From: Chiloscyllium plagiosum
Lineage: Eukaryota
Direction of reading: 5' to 3'
DNA: 64,000 nt
Assembly: GCF_004010195.1 (NCBI RefSeq)
Contig: NC_057749.1
Location: 20,796,394-20,860,393 of the forward strand
The position numbers and the translations under genes were made by a program. Below are positions 11,575 through 23,242 of this stretch, piece after piece. Every line of letters starts with the position of its first letter. The stretch's first letter is position 1. The notes under the pieces were generated by a model. That model made no database searches and was not told where the DNA came from. It worked only from the letters and a program-made list of their open reading frames with translations.

Positions 11575-13587
11575 TGTAATATACTCCATAGGTGGAATTA
11601 CTCCAGGTGATCGGGATCCCTCGTGTTTACCAGACAGATGGCAAGAAATTGTATCTTTTTATTTTTCTGTATTTTTGATTAGGAACTAAAATGGGAAAAG
11701 GAAACTTTTTTTAAAATAAAGGGCTGTTGAACAGGTTGTCGGACTTTTTAAAACATCTACCAGAATTACTGTAGGTGCACTGTTTAGTCAATGGGTTTGG
11801 GGAGGTTGCTATAGACAAGCTGCAGGCGGGAATGTGTATGAAGTGAGATTAGGCAGCAAAAAGTAGCTGATTGGTCTGTGGAGTGATGACCTGATACCAA
11901 TGACAAAGGTCTTCTGTCTGCCAACAACAGCGAGTGGTAGTAGAAGGAAAATATTCTGCCTGGAAGTCAGTGGTGAGTGGTGTTCCACAGGGCTCTGTCC
12001 TTGGGCCTCTACTGTTTGTAATTTTTATTAATGACTTGGATGAGGGGATTGAAGGATGGGTCAGCAAGTTTGCAGACGACACAAAGGTTGGAGGTATAGA
12101 GGGCTGTTGTAGGCTGCAGTGGGACATTGACAGGATGCAGAGATGGGCTAAGAGATGGCGGATGGAGTTCAACCTGGATAAATGCAAGGTGATGCATTTT
12201 GGAAGGTCGAATTTGAAAGCTGAGTACAGGATTAAGGATAGGATTCTTGGCAGTGTGGAGGAACAGAGGGATCTTGGTGTGCAGGTACATAGATCCCTTA
12301 AAAGGGCCACCCAAGTGGACAGGGTTGTTAAGAAAGCATTTGGTGTTTTGGCTTTCATTAACAGGGGATTGAGTTTAAGAGTCATGAGATCTTATTGCAG
12401 CTCTATAAAACTTTGGTTAGATTGCACTTGGAATATTGCGTCCAGTTCTGGTCGCCCTATTATAGGAAAGATGTGGATGCTTTGGAGAGGGTTCAGAGGA
12501 GGTTTACCAGGATGCTGCCTGGACTGGGAGGCTTATCTTATGAAGAGACGTTGACTGAGCTCGGACTTTTTGCATTGGAGAAAAGGAGGAGGAGAGGGAA
12601 CCTAATTGAGGTATACAAGATAATGAGAGGCATAGATAGAGTCGATAACCAGAGACTATTTCCCAGGGCAGAAATGACTAATACGAGGGGCCATAGTTTT
12701 AAGCTGGTTGGAGGAAAGTATAGAGGGGATGTCAGAGGCGGGTTCTTTACACAGAGAGTTGAGAGAGCATGGAATGCGTTGCCAGCAGCAGTTGTGGAAG
12801 CAAGGTCATTGGGGACATTTAAGAGACTATTGGACATGCATTTGGTCACAGAAATTTGAGGGTGCATGCATGAGGATCAGTGGTCGGCACAACATCGTGG
12901 GCTGAAGGGCCTGTTCTGTGCTGTTCTGTTCTATGTTCTATGTTCTATGTAACTATGTAAGTAGCTCCCAGGTAGCTGAACAGCTTGGGCACATGATTGA
13001 AATAGCCAGATGTCTTTGAACCTCCAGGAAGGGAGAGGCTATCTTTTCTCTGCAGTAAAAAGACCTGAACCCTAAAGAAAATCTGTTTATTTTTCATCAC
13101 CCATTGCTGGAAACTATGGCTTTTAAAAAGCCAGACAAAGACTTTCTATGTTGCTCTGTGCCTCCTGCAAGCAAATGAAAGCACCTGGAGGTGAGAAATA
13201 TAAGAGCAGCTGAAGGATCACCTCAGCAGACCCAGTGGACAGGGACCATTCAACTGCTTTACCAGTTTTCCTCCACACCCGCAGTAGCAGTTTTTTTTTG
13301 TGTGTCTATCTGCAATGCATGTAGGGGGAGCTTTATAAGATGGTTAGAGTTTTAACCAGTAGAGTTACATGTTGACAGTTCATAGTTGTTTGTCTGTAGC
13401 TAGAATTTATTTATTTTTAATAAATAATAATTATTAAGTACAGAAACCTAGTCATTGTTTTTTAGATGGGTAAAAAGGAAGTAAATTTGGGAATTTTTTG
13501 TACTTGTGTAATATCTTAAATATTTCTGTCAACTCTGGGAATGGTGGTCATTTATTTACAGCTTGCTACCTCAAAGAGGCATGAAAC
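11575..13587 (+). mobile_element. Probable old solo LTR-like sequence, interrupted by CR1
   Basis: Starts TGTAA, AATAAA near 13419, non-coding, present again inverted at 13645-14381; family assignment is inference. Confidence 0.35.
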
Positions 13588-14381
13588 TCTGCTTTGTCTT
13601 TGAGGGGGAAGCTCCATTGTATTAAATGCCTATCAGATACTTGTGAGGCCATCTATTGGGGTAGCATGCTGTAAATAAAGGACCATCATTCCCAGAATAG
13701 ACAGAAATCTTTAAGATTATATAAAAGTACAAAAAAAATCCCAAATTTACTTTCCTTTTTACCTATGTTAAAGAAAAGCACCGACTAGGTTTCTGTACTT
13801 AATGATTATTATTTATTGAAAGTAAATATATTCTAGCTATAGACAAACAACTATGAACTGTCAACATGTAACTCTACTGGTTAAAACTCTAACCATCTTA
13901 TAAAGCTCCCCCTACATGCATTGCAGACAGACACATATACAAAAATTGCTACTGCGGGTGTGGAGGAAAACTGGTAAAGCAGTTGAATGGTCCCTGTCCA
14001 CTGGGTCTGCTGAGGTGATCCTTCAGCTGCTCTTATATTTCTCACCTCCAGGTGCTTTCATTTGCTTGCAGGAGGCACAGAGCAACATAGAAAGTCTTTG
14101 TCTGGCTTTTTAAAAGCCATAGTTTCCAGCAATGGGTGATGAAAAATAAACAGATTTTCTTTAGGGTTCAGGTCTTTTTACTGCAGAGAAAAGATAGCCT
14201 CTCCCTTCCTGGAGGTTCAAAGACATCTGGCTATTTCATTCATGTTCCCAAGCTGTTCAGCTACCTGGGAGCTACTTAACATAGTTATTGGCAGACAGAA
14301 GACCTTTGTCATTGGTATCAGATCATCACTCCACAGACCCCAATCAGCTACTTTTTGCTGCCTAATCTCACTTCGTACACA
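11833..14381. repeat. Long inverted repeat: left arm 11833-11924 + 12950-~13580, right arm ~13645-14381, short spacer
   Basis: Direct reverse-complement match including ~290 bp with no mismatch seen (12999-13289 vs 13947-14238). Confidence 0.95.
11925..12949 (+). mobile_element. Young 5'-truncated CR1 LINE (RT C-terminal half + 3'UTR, TTCTATG tail)
   Basis: [48 protein letters not shown]; one frameshift; (TTCTATG)3 tail; absent from the inverted partner arm. Confidence 0.96.
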
Positions 14382-14547
14382 CTTACACTGAGGAACCTGG
14401 ACCTCCAGTGAGGAATGATAGCAATTCTTTTTGGGATTCCTCTGGACTTAATCAGGCCGGGGCAGAAAGGTCGTGGGAATCCCCATCTGGCACATTTCCA
14501 TCAGTTGGTCACTGTGGATAAGATTTGTACCAATAGCATGGTATGGT

Positions 14548-15437
14548 TGAGGTGAGTTTAAGACCTGCGTCTTTATCCTACCCATGATGGAGATCATGAA
14601 GCTGTGGTTCAGACTTGCTTTTGGGCAGTAATTTAAGAAGTGGTATTTATGTCCATGTTCGAAAATTAGTGTGCAATTGAAGCATTATGAAAGGTAGTAT
14701 TGCTTCCATATGCACCATTTTATCTTAGATATATTAAATGATAAAACGCTTTGAACGTCCTTTAGTCTGAATTTCATATCAGGCCAATTTTAAGCTTAAA
14801 CAGTTAAATCTGTCTATTGAAAAAAAAATTATAAACACTGACTTTTTTTAATAGAATATGTGTTGGTCAGTCACACTTCATGTAAGTAGCTTAAATTTAA
14901 TGAAAAGAAGTAGTGGATGAATATCTACATTGTAATGTGATATACTGGATGCTGCCTGACCTGCTGTGCTGTTCCAGCAATAAAGTTTCAACTGAGGTGA
15001 GTTTAAGACCTGCGTCTTTATCCTACCCATGATGGAGATCATGAAGCTGTGGTTCAGACTTGCTTTTGGGCAGTAATTTAAGAAGTGGTATTTATGTCCA
15101 TGTTCGAAAATTAGTGTGCAATTGAAGCATTATGAAAGGTAGTATTGCTTCCATATGCACCATTTTATCTTAGATATATTAAATGATAAAACGCTTTGAA
15201 CGTCCTTTAGTCTGAATTTCATATCAGGCCAATTTTAAGCTTAAACAGTTAAATCTGTCTATTGAAAAAAAAATTATAAACACTGACTTTTTTTAATAGA
15301 ATATGTGTTGGTCAGTCACACTTCATGTAAGTAGCTTAAATTTAATGAAAAGAAGTAGTGGATGAATATCTACATTGTAATGTGATATACTGGATGCTGC
15401 CTGACCTGCTGTGCTGTTCCAGCAATAAAGTTTCAAC
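14548..15437 (+). repeat. Apparently perfect 445-bp tandem duplication, each unit ending in a ~47-bp Penelope pLTR fragment
   Basis: 14548-14992 = 14993-15437; both end tggatgctgcctgacctgctgtgctgttccagcaataaagtttcaac. Confidence 0.95.
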
Positions 15438-16524
15438 AATACTGGATATGGGGCAAACTAAATCTGTGCCAGGATTTGCAATTCTGTTGTTCTTATCTAT
15501 GAACTAAAATTAAATAGTTTATGATTAATGTCCACAATTGCTAATTTAAATGTAAAATTTAGCTGGAAACGATTTAAAGTGAAATTCAAAGAAGCTCTCT
15601 ACTTCTATTACTAGATGATAAAACATATCCTTTCACTTGCACTGGAAACATTTTTCATGCACACTCCAATAGTGGTGTACCCATTTAAATTAAACTGATC
15701 ATTTTTGCACAAACATGACATTTCGCTGCATACTTGGAAGAGGAACTGATGCCTGCCACAAAAAAAAAACCTATTTATAGCTACCAAAGGCTTATACATG
15801 TTTTAATGTGCAAGTTAGTCTATTATGTGGGCCTCATTAACATAGTCCAAGTCAGATTCCCATCTGAACTCTCAAAGAGTGTTGGTTGGATGAGAGGATA
15901 GTATTAATGGTTAGTTAACTTTGGTGTGAAGTGAGTCGGCAGGGGAACCATGGTGGGATGGGGGTGGGGGGAAATGGAGGTCTGCAATTTTCTTACTATT
16001 TGTGCTTTTCGCTCAGAAGTAAACAAAATAATTAATTGCAATCATGTGAAAATTTTCTGAATCTAAGCTTTCGAGATAAATTGGAAACAGAAATGTTCCA
16101 AACAATAAACCTCGGAATTCTTGACTGTGTACATAACCCAGCAAACGCTCATTCAGACATTGTTCCACTTACGAGTGTGTGTGCTTTTTTAACCGTCCTA
16201 TGTAAATGTTTTCTTCAACTTTTACAAAAAGTTCTCCAACAATTCTGTTTGAACATAATTAATGTTAAAAATAGTTTTAGATCTTGAAGCATTACCAAAG
16301 GCATACTAGAGTCAACCTGCATTGTCATTTCCTCAAATAAGCAACAGAAGCTGATAGTGGATAATATTCATCCTTTTTTTTTGATAGTTTGTTGTTGGAC
16401 AGTTAATCAAGTCTACTCCTAATAATTGCTTCCATAATTTTACCTGGAATGGAACTAAGATTGTTTTGTCACTGTTTTGGAAAATGGGAATTGCATTTGC
16501 TTGTTTCCAGTTTCCTTGTCCAGG

Positions 16525-16880
16525 GTCATCTGCGGCTCAATGGATAAGACTGTCATCTCAGAGTTGGATGGTTGTGAATTCAAGACCCAGTCTAGAACTT
16601 GAGCACAAAAATGTAGGTTGAGGTTTGAGTGCAGCAAGTGGATGACATCAACATTGGCAGTGTTGCAGATAGTGAGGAGAATTGTAAAAGCATGTCAATT
16701 GTCCAATTCACTAATGTCCTTATGGAAGGAAATCTGCCATCTTTACCTGGTCTGGTCTAAGTGTGACTTCAGACCTGTAGCAATGTTGATGATTCTTAAT
16801 TGCCCTCTAAGCAACTACAGATGGACAATAAATGCTGGCCTTGCCAGTATTGTCTACATCCTTTGAAGAAATAAAAAAAT
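16525..16880 (+). mobile_element. Composite old SINE: tRNA head with start of Deu-like domain, then tail of the 4335-type SINE
   Basis: ggctcaatggataagact..gaattcaagaccc..ttgagcacaaaaatgtagg; tail cactaatgtcctt..caataaatgctggccttgccag + A-rich end. Confidence 0.6.
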
Positions 16881-17929
16881 GCATTGTACTTTTATTTCAA
16901 AGACAATAAGATAACTGCGGTTTCCTAGATTACAACAATGACTACACTTAAGAAGTGTGATTGCATTTATTTCTTGCAGATTAGTTCTTGTTTTCTGCAA
17001 AAGAAATCATATGAAGCTTATCTTTCATTTTCTCAAAATAGTAATTAATCAGAATGCCAAGATTAGTCAGAAACAAACAAAAAGTGAAAAGGTGGCTGTA
17101 AATCTGCCAGCTAGGAACAGCCAGTTATGCATTCAAGCAGTGAATCAAGGATAAGTACTCTGAGTGCAGTCACTCAAGATATTATTTGAAAATCTATTCC
17201 ATGCCATATGAATGCACGAGTTGAGGAAATTGAAAATAACATTTATAATTCCATGAAGAAATTACAAAATTGACAAGAACATGATTACACTAGCTTATAG
17301 AATAGCATTATCTATATTAAAGTGTATGAGGGCCATTTTCCATTTGTATCTCTGTTAGAAGCCTAAGCCGTTAAGATTATAATCTTCCTACAGCTGTTAT
17401 TCCATCAATTGAAGAGATTTAACTCAACTTTAATCAAGTACCAATGCCTATAGTTCTCAGCATGTGTTACATGTTGGTACATGTATGAATTTCAACAGTT
17501 AAATGGTGAAGTTCAAATTGAAGCCCTAGGCTGCAACCATAATCATGAATGGGATTTTCAAATTACTATAAAATAAGCCACAAAATGCACCTTGTTGAAA
17601 CAATGTTTTGACAATTTAATTATTGTCAAAGCTGCCTTTTATTATAAACAAGGCTGAATAAGGGAGAATTACAGAAATAAAGTACAATTTTAACCTAACT
17701 AGCCAGCCAGAAAGCTGATGGAATGGAGGTACAATGCTGGTATTCTATTTGGCATGTTAAGGTAAAGATGTGCGATTGAACAATGTGGAGAGGAACAGGA
17801 AATGAGAATGTTTGTGAAAGATTTACCTTAAAGGAAGAAAGAAAGCTTAATGAGAGAAGAAAATGTATTCACAGTGAAAATATTTGGAACTGTTTGTACA
17901 GTGAGACCCCCACCCCCACCCCGTAATGC

Positions 17930-18460
17930 TGCAATTTTCTGCTAGAACTACTTAACCAGTTTTCTACTGCAAAGCTGTCAAGTTGAGCTCCAACAACAGG
18001 CAGTAAGCTTGACACCATCAAGAACAAAGCAATCTTGTTGACTATCACCACATCCACAAGCAACCACTCTCTCCATCACTGATGCTCAGTAGCAGAAGTG
18101 TGTTTTATCTACAAGGTGTGCTGCAGAAATTTACCAAAGATCCTTTGACAGCACCTTCCATACTCACAACCATTTTCATCCAGAAGGATAAATGCACTAA
18201 ATACATGGGAACACAACCATTTGCAAGTTCCCCACCAAGACACTCAGCACCCTGACTTGGAAATGTATTATCGTTCCATTACTGTCACTTGGTCAAAATC
18301 CTGGACTTCCTTTCCAAAGAGCATAGTGGGTCGACCAACAGCTCATAGATGCAATGGTAGAAGAAGGCAGCTCACCACCACCTTTTCAAGGACAATTAGG
18401 ACCAGACAATAAATGCTGGCCAGCTAGCAATGCCCATGTCCCAAGAATAAATAAATAAAA
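17930..18460 (+). mobile_element. Old CR1/L2-group LINE 3' fragment
   Basis: aagcttgacaccatcaagaacaaagca..ctcaccaccaccttttcaagg..caataaatgctggcc..(AATA)n; same family on minus strand at 56790-57350 and 59415-59560. Confidence 0.7.
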
Positions 18461-18644
18461 CAAGGTCCTGTGTCCCTCGTCCACACTCAATTCCATGAAC
18501 ATTTTCTGGGTGCAGCAAAATCCTGGGTCATATCATCCTGTTGTTCAAGATCCACTCGCTTACTGATAAATTCTAGAACGTGTATATGGTTTAATACTTT
18601 AATACGAAGTTTAATACTTTAAAACTCTGTTACTATCTTATAAA

Positions 18645-18955
18645 ATAAAATACAGTGAATGCTTGAAGTCTGAAATAAAAACAAAGTGTTGGAGAAATTC
18701 AGTAGGTTTGGCAGCATCTGTGGAGAGAGAAACAGATAATGGTTTAAGTCCAATTTATTTCAGAACTGAAAGGGGCTAGAAAATTGTTGTTTTTATGCTA
18801 TTGACAGAGAGAAGCAGAGCAAGTGGAACAGATAGTGAGAGTGCCCAGAGCAAAAGACAAAGGGTAAGCTAAATAAAATTTATGTCGGATTCAAACCTTG
18901 TTTCTATCTCCACAGATGCTACTTGACCTGCTGGGTTTCTCCCACATTTTCTCAT
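18645..18955. mobile_element. Old Penelope pLTR hairpin remnant
   Basis: ggcagcatctgtggagagagaaac (18710-18735) and inverted gtttctatctccacagatgct (18900-18920). Confidence 0.65.
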
Positions 18956-18974
18956 AAAGGAAGTACTAACTTTT

Positions 18975-19288
18975 TTAGATTAGATTACTTACAGTAGTGG
19001 AAACAGGCCCTTCGGCCCAACAAGTCCACACTGCCCCGCCGAAGCGCAACCCACCCATACCCCTACATCTACCCCTTACCTAACACTACGGGCAATTTAG
19101 CATGGCCAATTCACCTGACCTGCACACCTTTGGACTGTGAGAGGAAACCGGAGCACCCGGAGGAAACCCACGCAGACACGGGGAGAATGTGCAAACTCCA
19201 CACAATCAGTCGCCTGAGGCAGGAATTGAACCCAGGTCTCTGGCGCTGTGAGGCAGCAGTGCTAACCACTGTGCCACCGTGCCGCCCA
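18975..19288 (-). mobile_element. Young full-length HE1-type SINE
   Basis: Reverse complement of gggcggcacggtggcacagtggttagc..ggccgaagggcctgtttccac..(TAATC)n. Confidence 0.93.
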
Positions 19289-20268
19289 CCATCTTTTACT
19301 TATGTCTGGCACTCTAGATTATTTTAACTAGAAAGTGGCGATGTTCTATATTTGCCTTTGGTGGTCCCAGGCTAAAAGGATAGAGATAGAGTTTGAGTAA
19401 CTATCCCTAGTTGTTATCTAGAACAGGATAAAAAGTTCCAGATGGTGTGGATGGTGGGTAGGTACAGGCTGTGCTGCTTCCTGCAGTTGACTAGCCTGAA
19501 GGAAGTTCTGAAATAAAGAATAGCCAGTTGGGGTAAGTGCAAGCTAAACCATTATTATTTTCATGTGAATCTCTCTCAGGAAAGGATAGGAGTTGAACAT
19601 GAAAGAAAATAACTTAGGTGAGTTCTTTAGCCCAGTTGTACTTACCTTCTGATAATTTGGTGGAAAGAGTTAAAAATAGGAGAATGCACATAGAATGTTC
19701 TCTCCTTGAAGCCAATGGTCTAGGCTGACTATATTAAATCTGAAGTAAATTTATTTTAATCTTCAAAGATTTAACCCGAGATGAAATATAAATGGTAATG
19801 CTTTCCTTGTTCTCCAAATAAAAGTAAAAATTGGCCTTTGAGTGCTGAGAAAATTTGCAAATTTTGAGAGTTTAATTTGCAGTGGAACATGGTGTATATT
19901 TGAGTAAGAATAGACAAATATTAAGCTTCAGGGAAAATTAAGATCAGACTTGTCAATTTGAAATTAACCTCACTTTCCCCATAGTCAGTCCAGTGTTAAG
20001 ACTGAGTCATAATATTCTCTCATCTTGAACCATTCGCTTATTTTTCTAGTTTCAACAGTTGCTGCTCAGACTTCCTGTTGCTGCAAGCATTTTAAACCAG
20101 AAGCCGAGAAATCTGCTTAAAGCATTTTGTGAGGATCTCCTCAAGCTAGCTTTTGTATCTTAGTATTAGGCCAAGCTGAAAGATGCACTTTCAAATGCTG
20201 ATCAAATTAGCTGTAAATATTTAATGAAGTATGGAGATCAGCCTCATAGAATGAGTTCCTGATTGGGG

Positions 20269-20563
20269 CTGTTAATCTGATCCAGCTGAAAATATGTTGC
20301 TGGAAAAGGGCGATGGTATCTTGGGGGATGGGCGTTGGAAATGCGATAGGTATCCAATGCCCCTCCCCCAAGTCCCTCCTCCCTACCTTTTATCTTAGCC
20401 TGCTGGACACACTTTCCTCATTCCTGAAGAAGGGCTTATGCCCGAAACGTCGATTCTCCTGTTCCTTGGATGCTGCCTGACCTGCTGCGCTTTTCCAGCA
20501 ACACATTTTCAGCTCTGATCTCCAGCATCTGCAGTCCTCACTTTCTCCTGTTAATCTGATCCA
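20269..20563 (+). mobile_element. Short Penelope pLTR insertion with inverted 5' piece, 16-bp TSD, inside the Gypsy 5'LTR
   Basis: ctgttaatctgatcca at 20269-20284 and 20548-20563; pLTR sequence shared with 38030-38214. Confidence 0.9.
20420..20455 (+). ncRNA. Minimal hammerhead ribozyme motif
   Basis: ATTC-CTGAAGA-A-GGGC-TTAT-GCCC-GAAA-CGTC-GATT. Confidence 0.8.
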
Positions 20564-20601
20564 ATCAAGGAGCCCTGGCTGACAGATATAAACAAGAGTG
20601 T

Positions 20602-22430
20602 TCGGTGTCCACCAACACCCTGGAGTTGTTCAGAGAGAGGTGGGCGCCGCAGGGAGTGGAGTGCATCATTTCTCCCTTCAACTCTATCTTGTTTTAGTCC
20701 CTACCCTCCCCTTCACTGTTTTGATCACACAGCACTGCCCTTTGATGTGAAGGGCAGTGTTTGTCACTGGCCACTCGGGTGTTTTCCTATCTTCCTGGTG
20801 GTGGAAATTGAATAAAGATTCGTGCACTTTGTGTCTTTCACTGTGTCTCACACCTGCACACACACACCATGGGTCCTGGGGAAAAACATAAGCACTACTG
20901 CAGTTAGGCGGTAGTGTGGAAGAAAAAGAAAAAAAATAAAAAGAAAAAAAATTAAACAAGAGTGTTATATTGGGTGTGGGCATTTGCACTCCTTTTTTGA
21001 TTTTCTTAAAAATCTCCTCCTCTGCTTTTGGTTGCACTTCAGTCCCACGCTCCTGATCTTTGGGCATCCGGTACGGAGGAGGGAGGGCATGTCTGAAGAC
21101 CTCCTCGTGGGTCTGCTCCTGGGCCTGACCAAAGTTGCCATCAACAGGTCCAGGCAGCGGGCCGTGGAGGGGGTCGTTAAGGCCGACTGCCTGCCCCTCT
21201 TCCGCGGTTACGCTAGAGCCCGGGTGTCCTTGGAGAAGGAGCACGCGGCGTCGACCAACACCCTGGAGTTGTTCAGGGAGAGATGGGCCCGAAGCTGAGT
21301 CTGAGGAACGGGGCCCGGTGTAAAAATGCCCCAGGAGAGGCGACTAGAAAAAGAGTAAGTCTATGTCTCAAACATAGAGAGAGATATAGTGAGTGTAACA
21401 AGGTCATAGAATAAGAGTTCCCTGACTGGGGCTGTTAACCTGTGTCCAGTCAGGGACCCCTGGCTGACAAAAATAAACAGGTGTCTCACCAACACCCTGG
21501 AGTTGTTCAGGGAGAGGTGGGCGCCGCAGGGAGTGGAGTGCATCATTTCTCCCTCCAATTCTATTTTGTTTTAGTCCCTACCCTCCCCTTCACTGTTTTG
21601 ATCACACAGCACTGCCCTTTGATGTGAAGGGCAGTGTTTGTCACTGGCCACTCGGGTGTTTTCCTATCTTCCTGGTGGTGGAAATTGAATAAAGATTCGT
21701 GCACTTTGTGTCTTTCACTGTGTCTCACACCTACACACACACACCATGGGTGCTGGGGAAAAACATAAGCACTACCGCAGTTAGGCGGTAGTGTGGAAGA
21801 AAAATAAAAAAAAAAATAAACAAGAGTGTTTATATTGGGTGTGGGCATTTGCACTCCTTTTTTGATTTTCTTAAAAATCTCCTCCTCTGCTTTTGGTTGC
21901 ACTTCAGTCCCACGCTCCTGATCTTTGGGCATCCGGTACGGAGGAGGGAGGGCATGCCTGAAAACCTCCTCGTGGGTCTGCTCCTGGGCCTGGCCAAACT
22001 GGCCATAAACAGGTCCAGGCAGCGGGCCGTGGAGGGGGTCGTTAGGGCCGACTGCCTGCCCCTCTTCTGCGGTTACGTTAGAGCCCGGGTGTCCTTGGAG
22101 AATGAGCACGCAGTGTCGACCAACACCCTGGAGTTGTTCAGGGAGAGGTGGGCGCCGCAGGGAGTGGAGTGCATTATTTCCCCCCTCCAACTCTATTTTG
22201 ATTTAATCCATGCCCTCCCCTTCACTGTTTGATCACACAGCATTGCCATTTGATGTGAAGGGCACTACTTGTCACTGGCCACCTGGGCGTTTCCTTTTTT
22301 CTTGGTGGTGGAAATTTTGAATAAAGATTCGTGCACCTTGTGTCTTTCACTGTGTCTCACACCTGCACACACACACAACATGGGTGCTGGGGGAAAAAAT
22401 AAACGCTACCGCAGTGGGGGTTTAAAAAAA
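20602..22430 (+). mobile_element. Stack of four Tx1/L1-clade LINE 3' fragments (A 20602-20953, B 20966-21290, C 21485-21817, D 21830-22430)
   Basis: ORF2 C-terminus YIGCG.LHSFFDFLKNLLL..LLLGLAKLAINRSR..RARVSLE.EHA..F.ERWA; A-rich tails on A, C, D; aaacaagagtgt at junctions. Confidence 0.85.
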
Positions 22431-23242
22431 AAACAAGAGTGTCAGAGGTTTGGTTCATTAGGAGAGCCATCTTGGAGAGAGCTGTATCTGTGTCAAGGAC
22501 TGATGTAAGTGAAAGGTGACTTGGTTATTTCAGTGACAATAAGAGAAAACTACACTCCTGAAGGGATTTGCTTGCAATAGCTATCTTTGAGGTAAGCATT
22601 TCTGGCAGCATGCTATTATGTGGAAAGCTTGATTCGTTTAATCCTGCTGTCAACCTCTGAGCCCAGTATGTGAAAAGAAAGCATTATTTTGTCCGGGCAA
22701 ATGAAAAGCAATGAATAATTCTCCTGACAGCTTGTGGATCTGCCATTTTTTGGTTATTAGGAGCCTAACTTGCCCTGAAGCACCAGATTCTAAACCTTTC
22801 AAGAGTTGATAGATTTAGTTAAGTAACATTAAGCTTGATGGGATGAGGTTGGTTGAGAAAGATTCACCTTGATTGGCTCAATACTTTTCAGTTGGAAAAT
22901 GGCTGCATAAGTGAAGTCTTAATTAAATACCCAGATGTTTTTCAGGAAGGTCTAGGGATTATCTAAGGAGCCAAGGCCACATTGTATGTCAACCAGGAAA
23001 TGATTCTACAAAGCACACCCAGTGCCATTTGCCTTATGGGCAGAAGTAGAGGCAAAAATAAGAAGGATGGAAAACTAAGAAATCATCAAACCAGTCCAGT
23101 TTATGGAATGGGCAGCACCAGTGGTACCGAACTAGATTGATTCACCTTTGTGGGATTTCAAGCAAACAGTAAACTGTTTTTTTCAGCTGAATAAATAGCC
23201 AATTCCTCGCATAGAGATTCATATGCATGGACCACAAACCCA

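Noticed and set aside
20684..22190. 186-aa and 209-aa minus-strand ORFs that look like paralogous genes
   Set aside because: Antisense frames across the GC-rich Tx1 fragments; they run through reversed A-tails.
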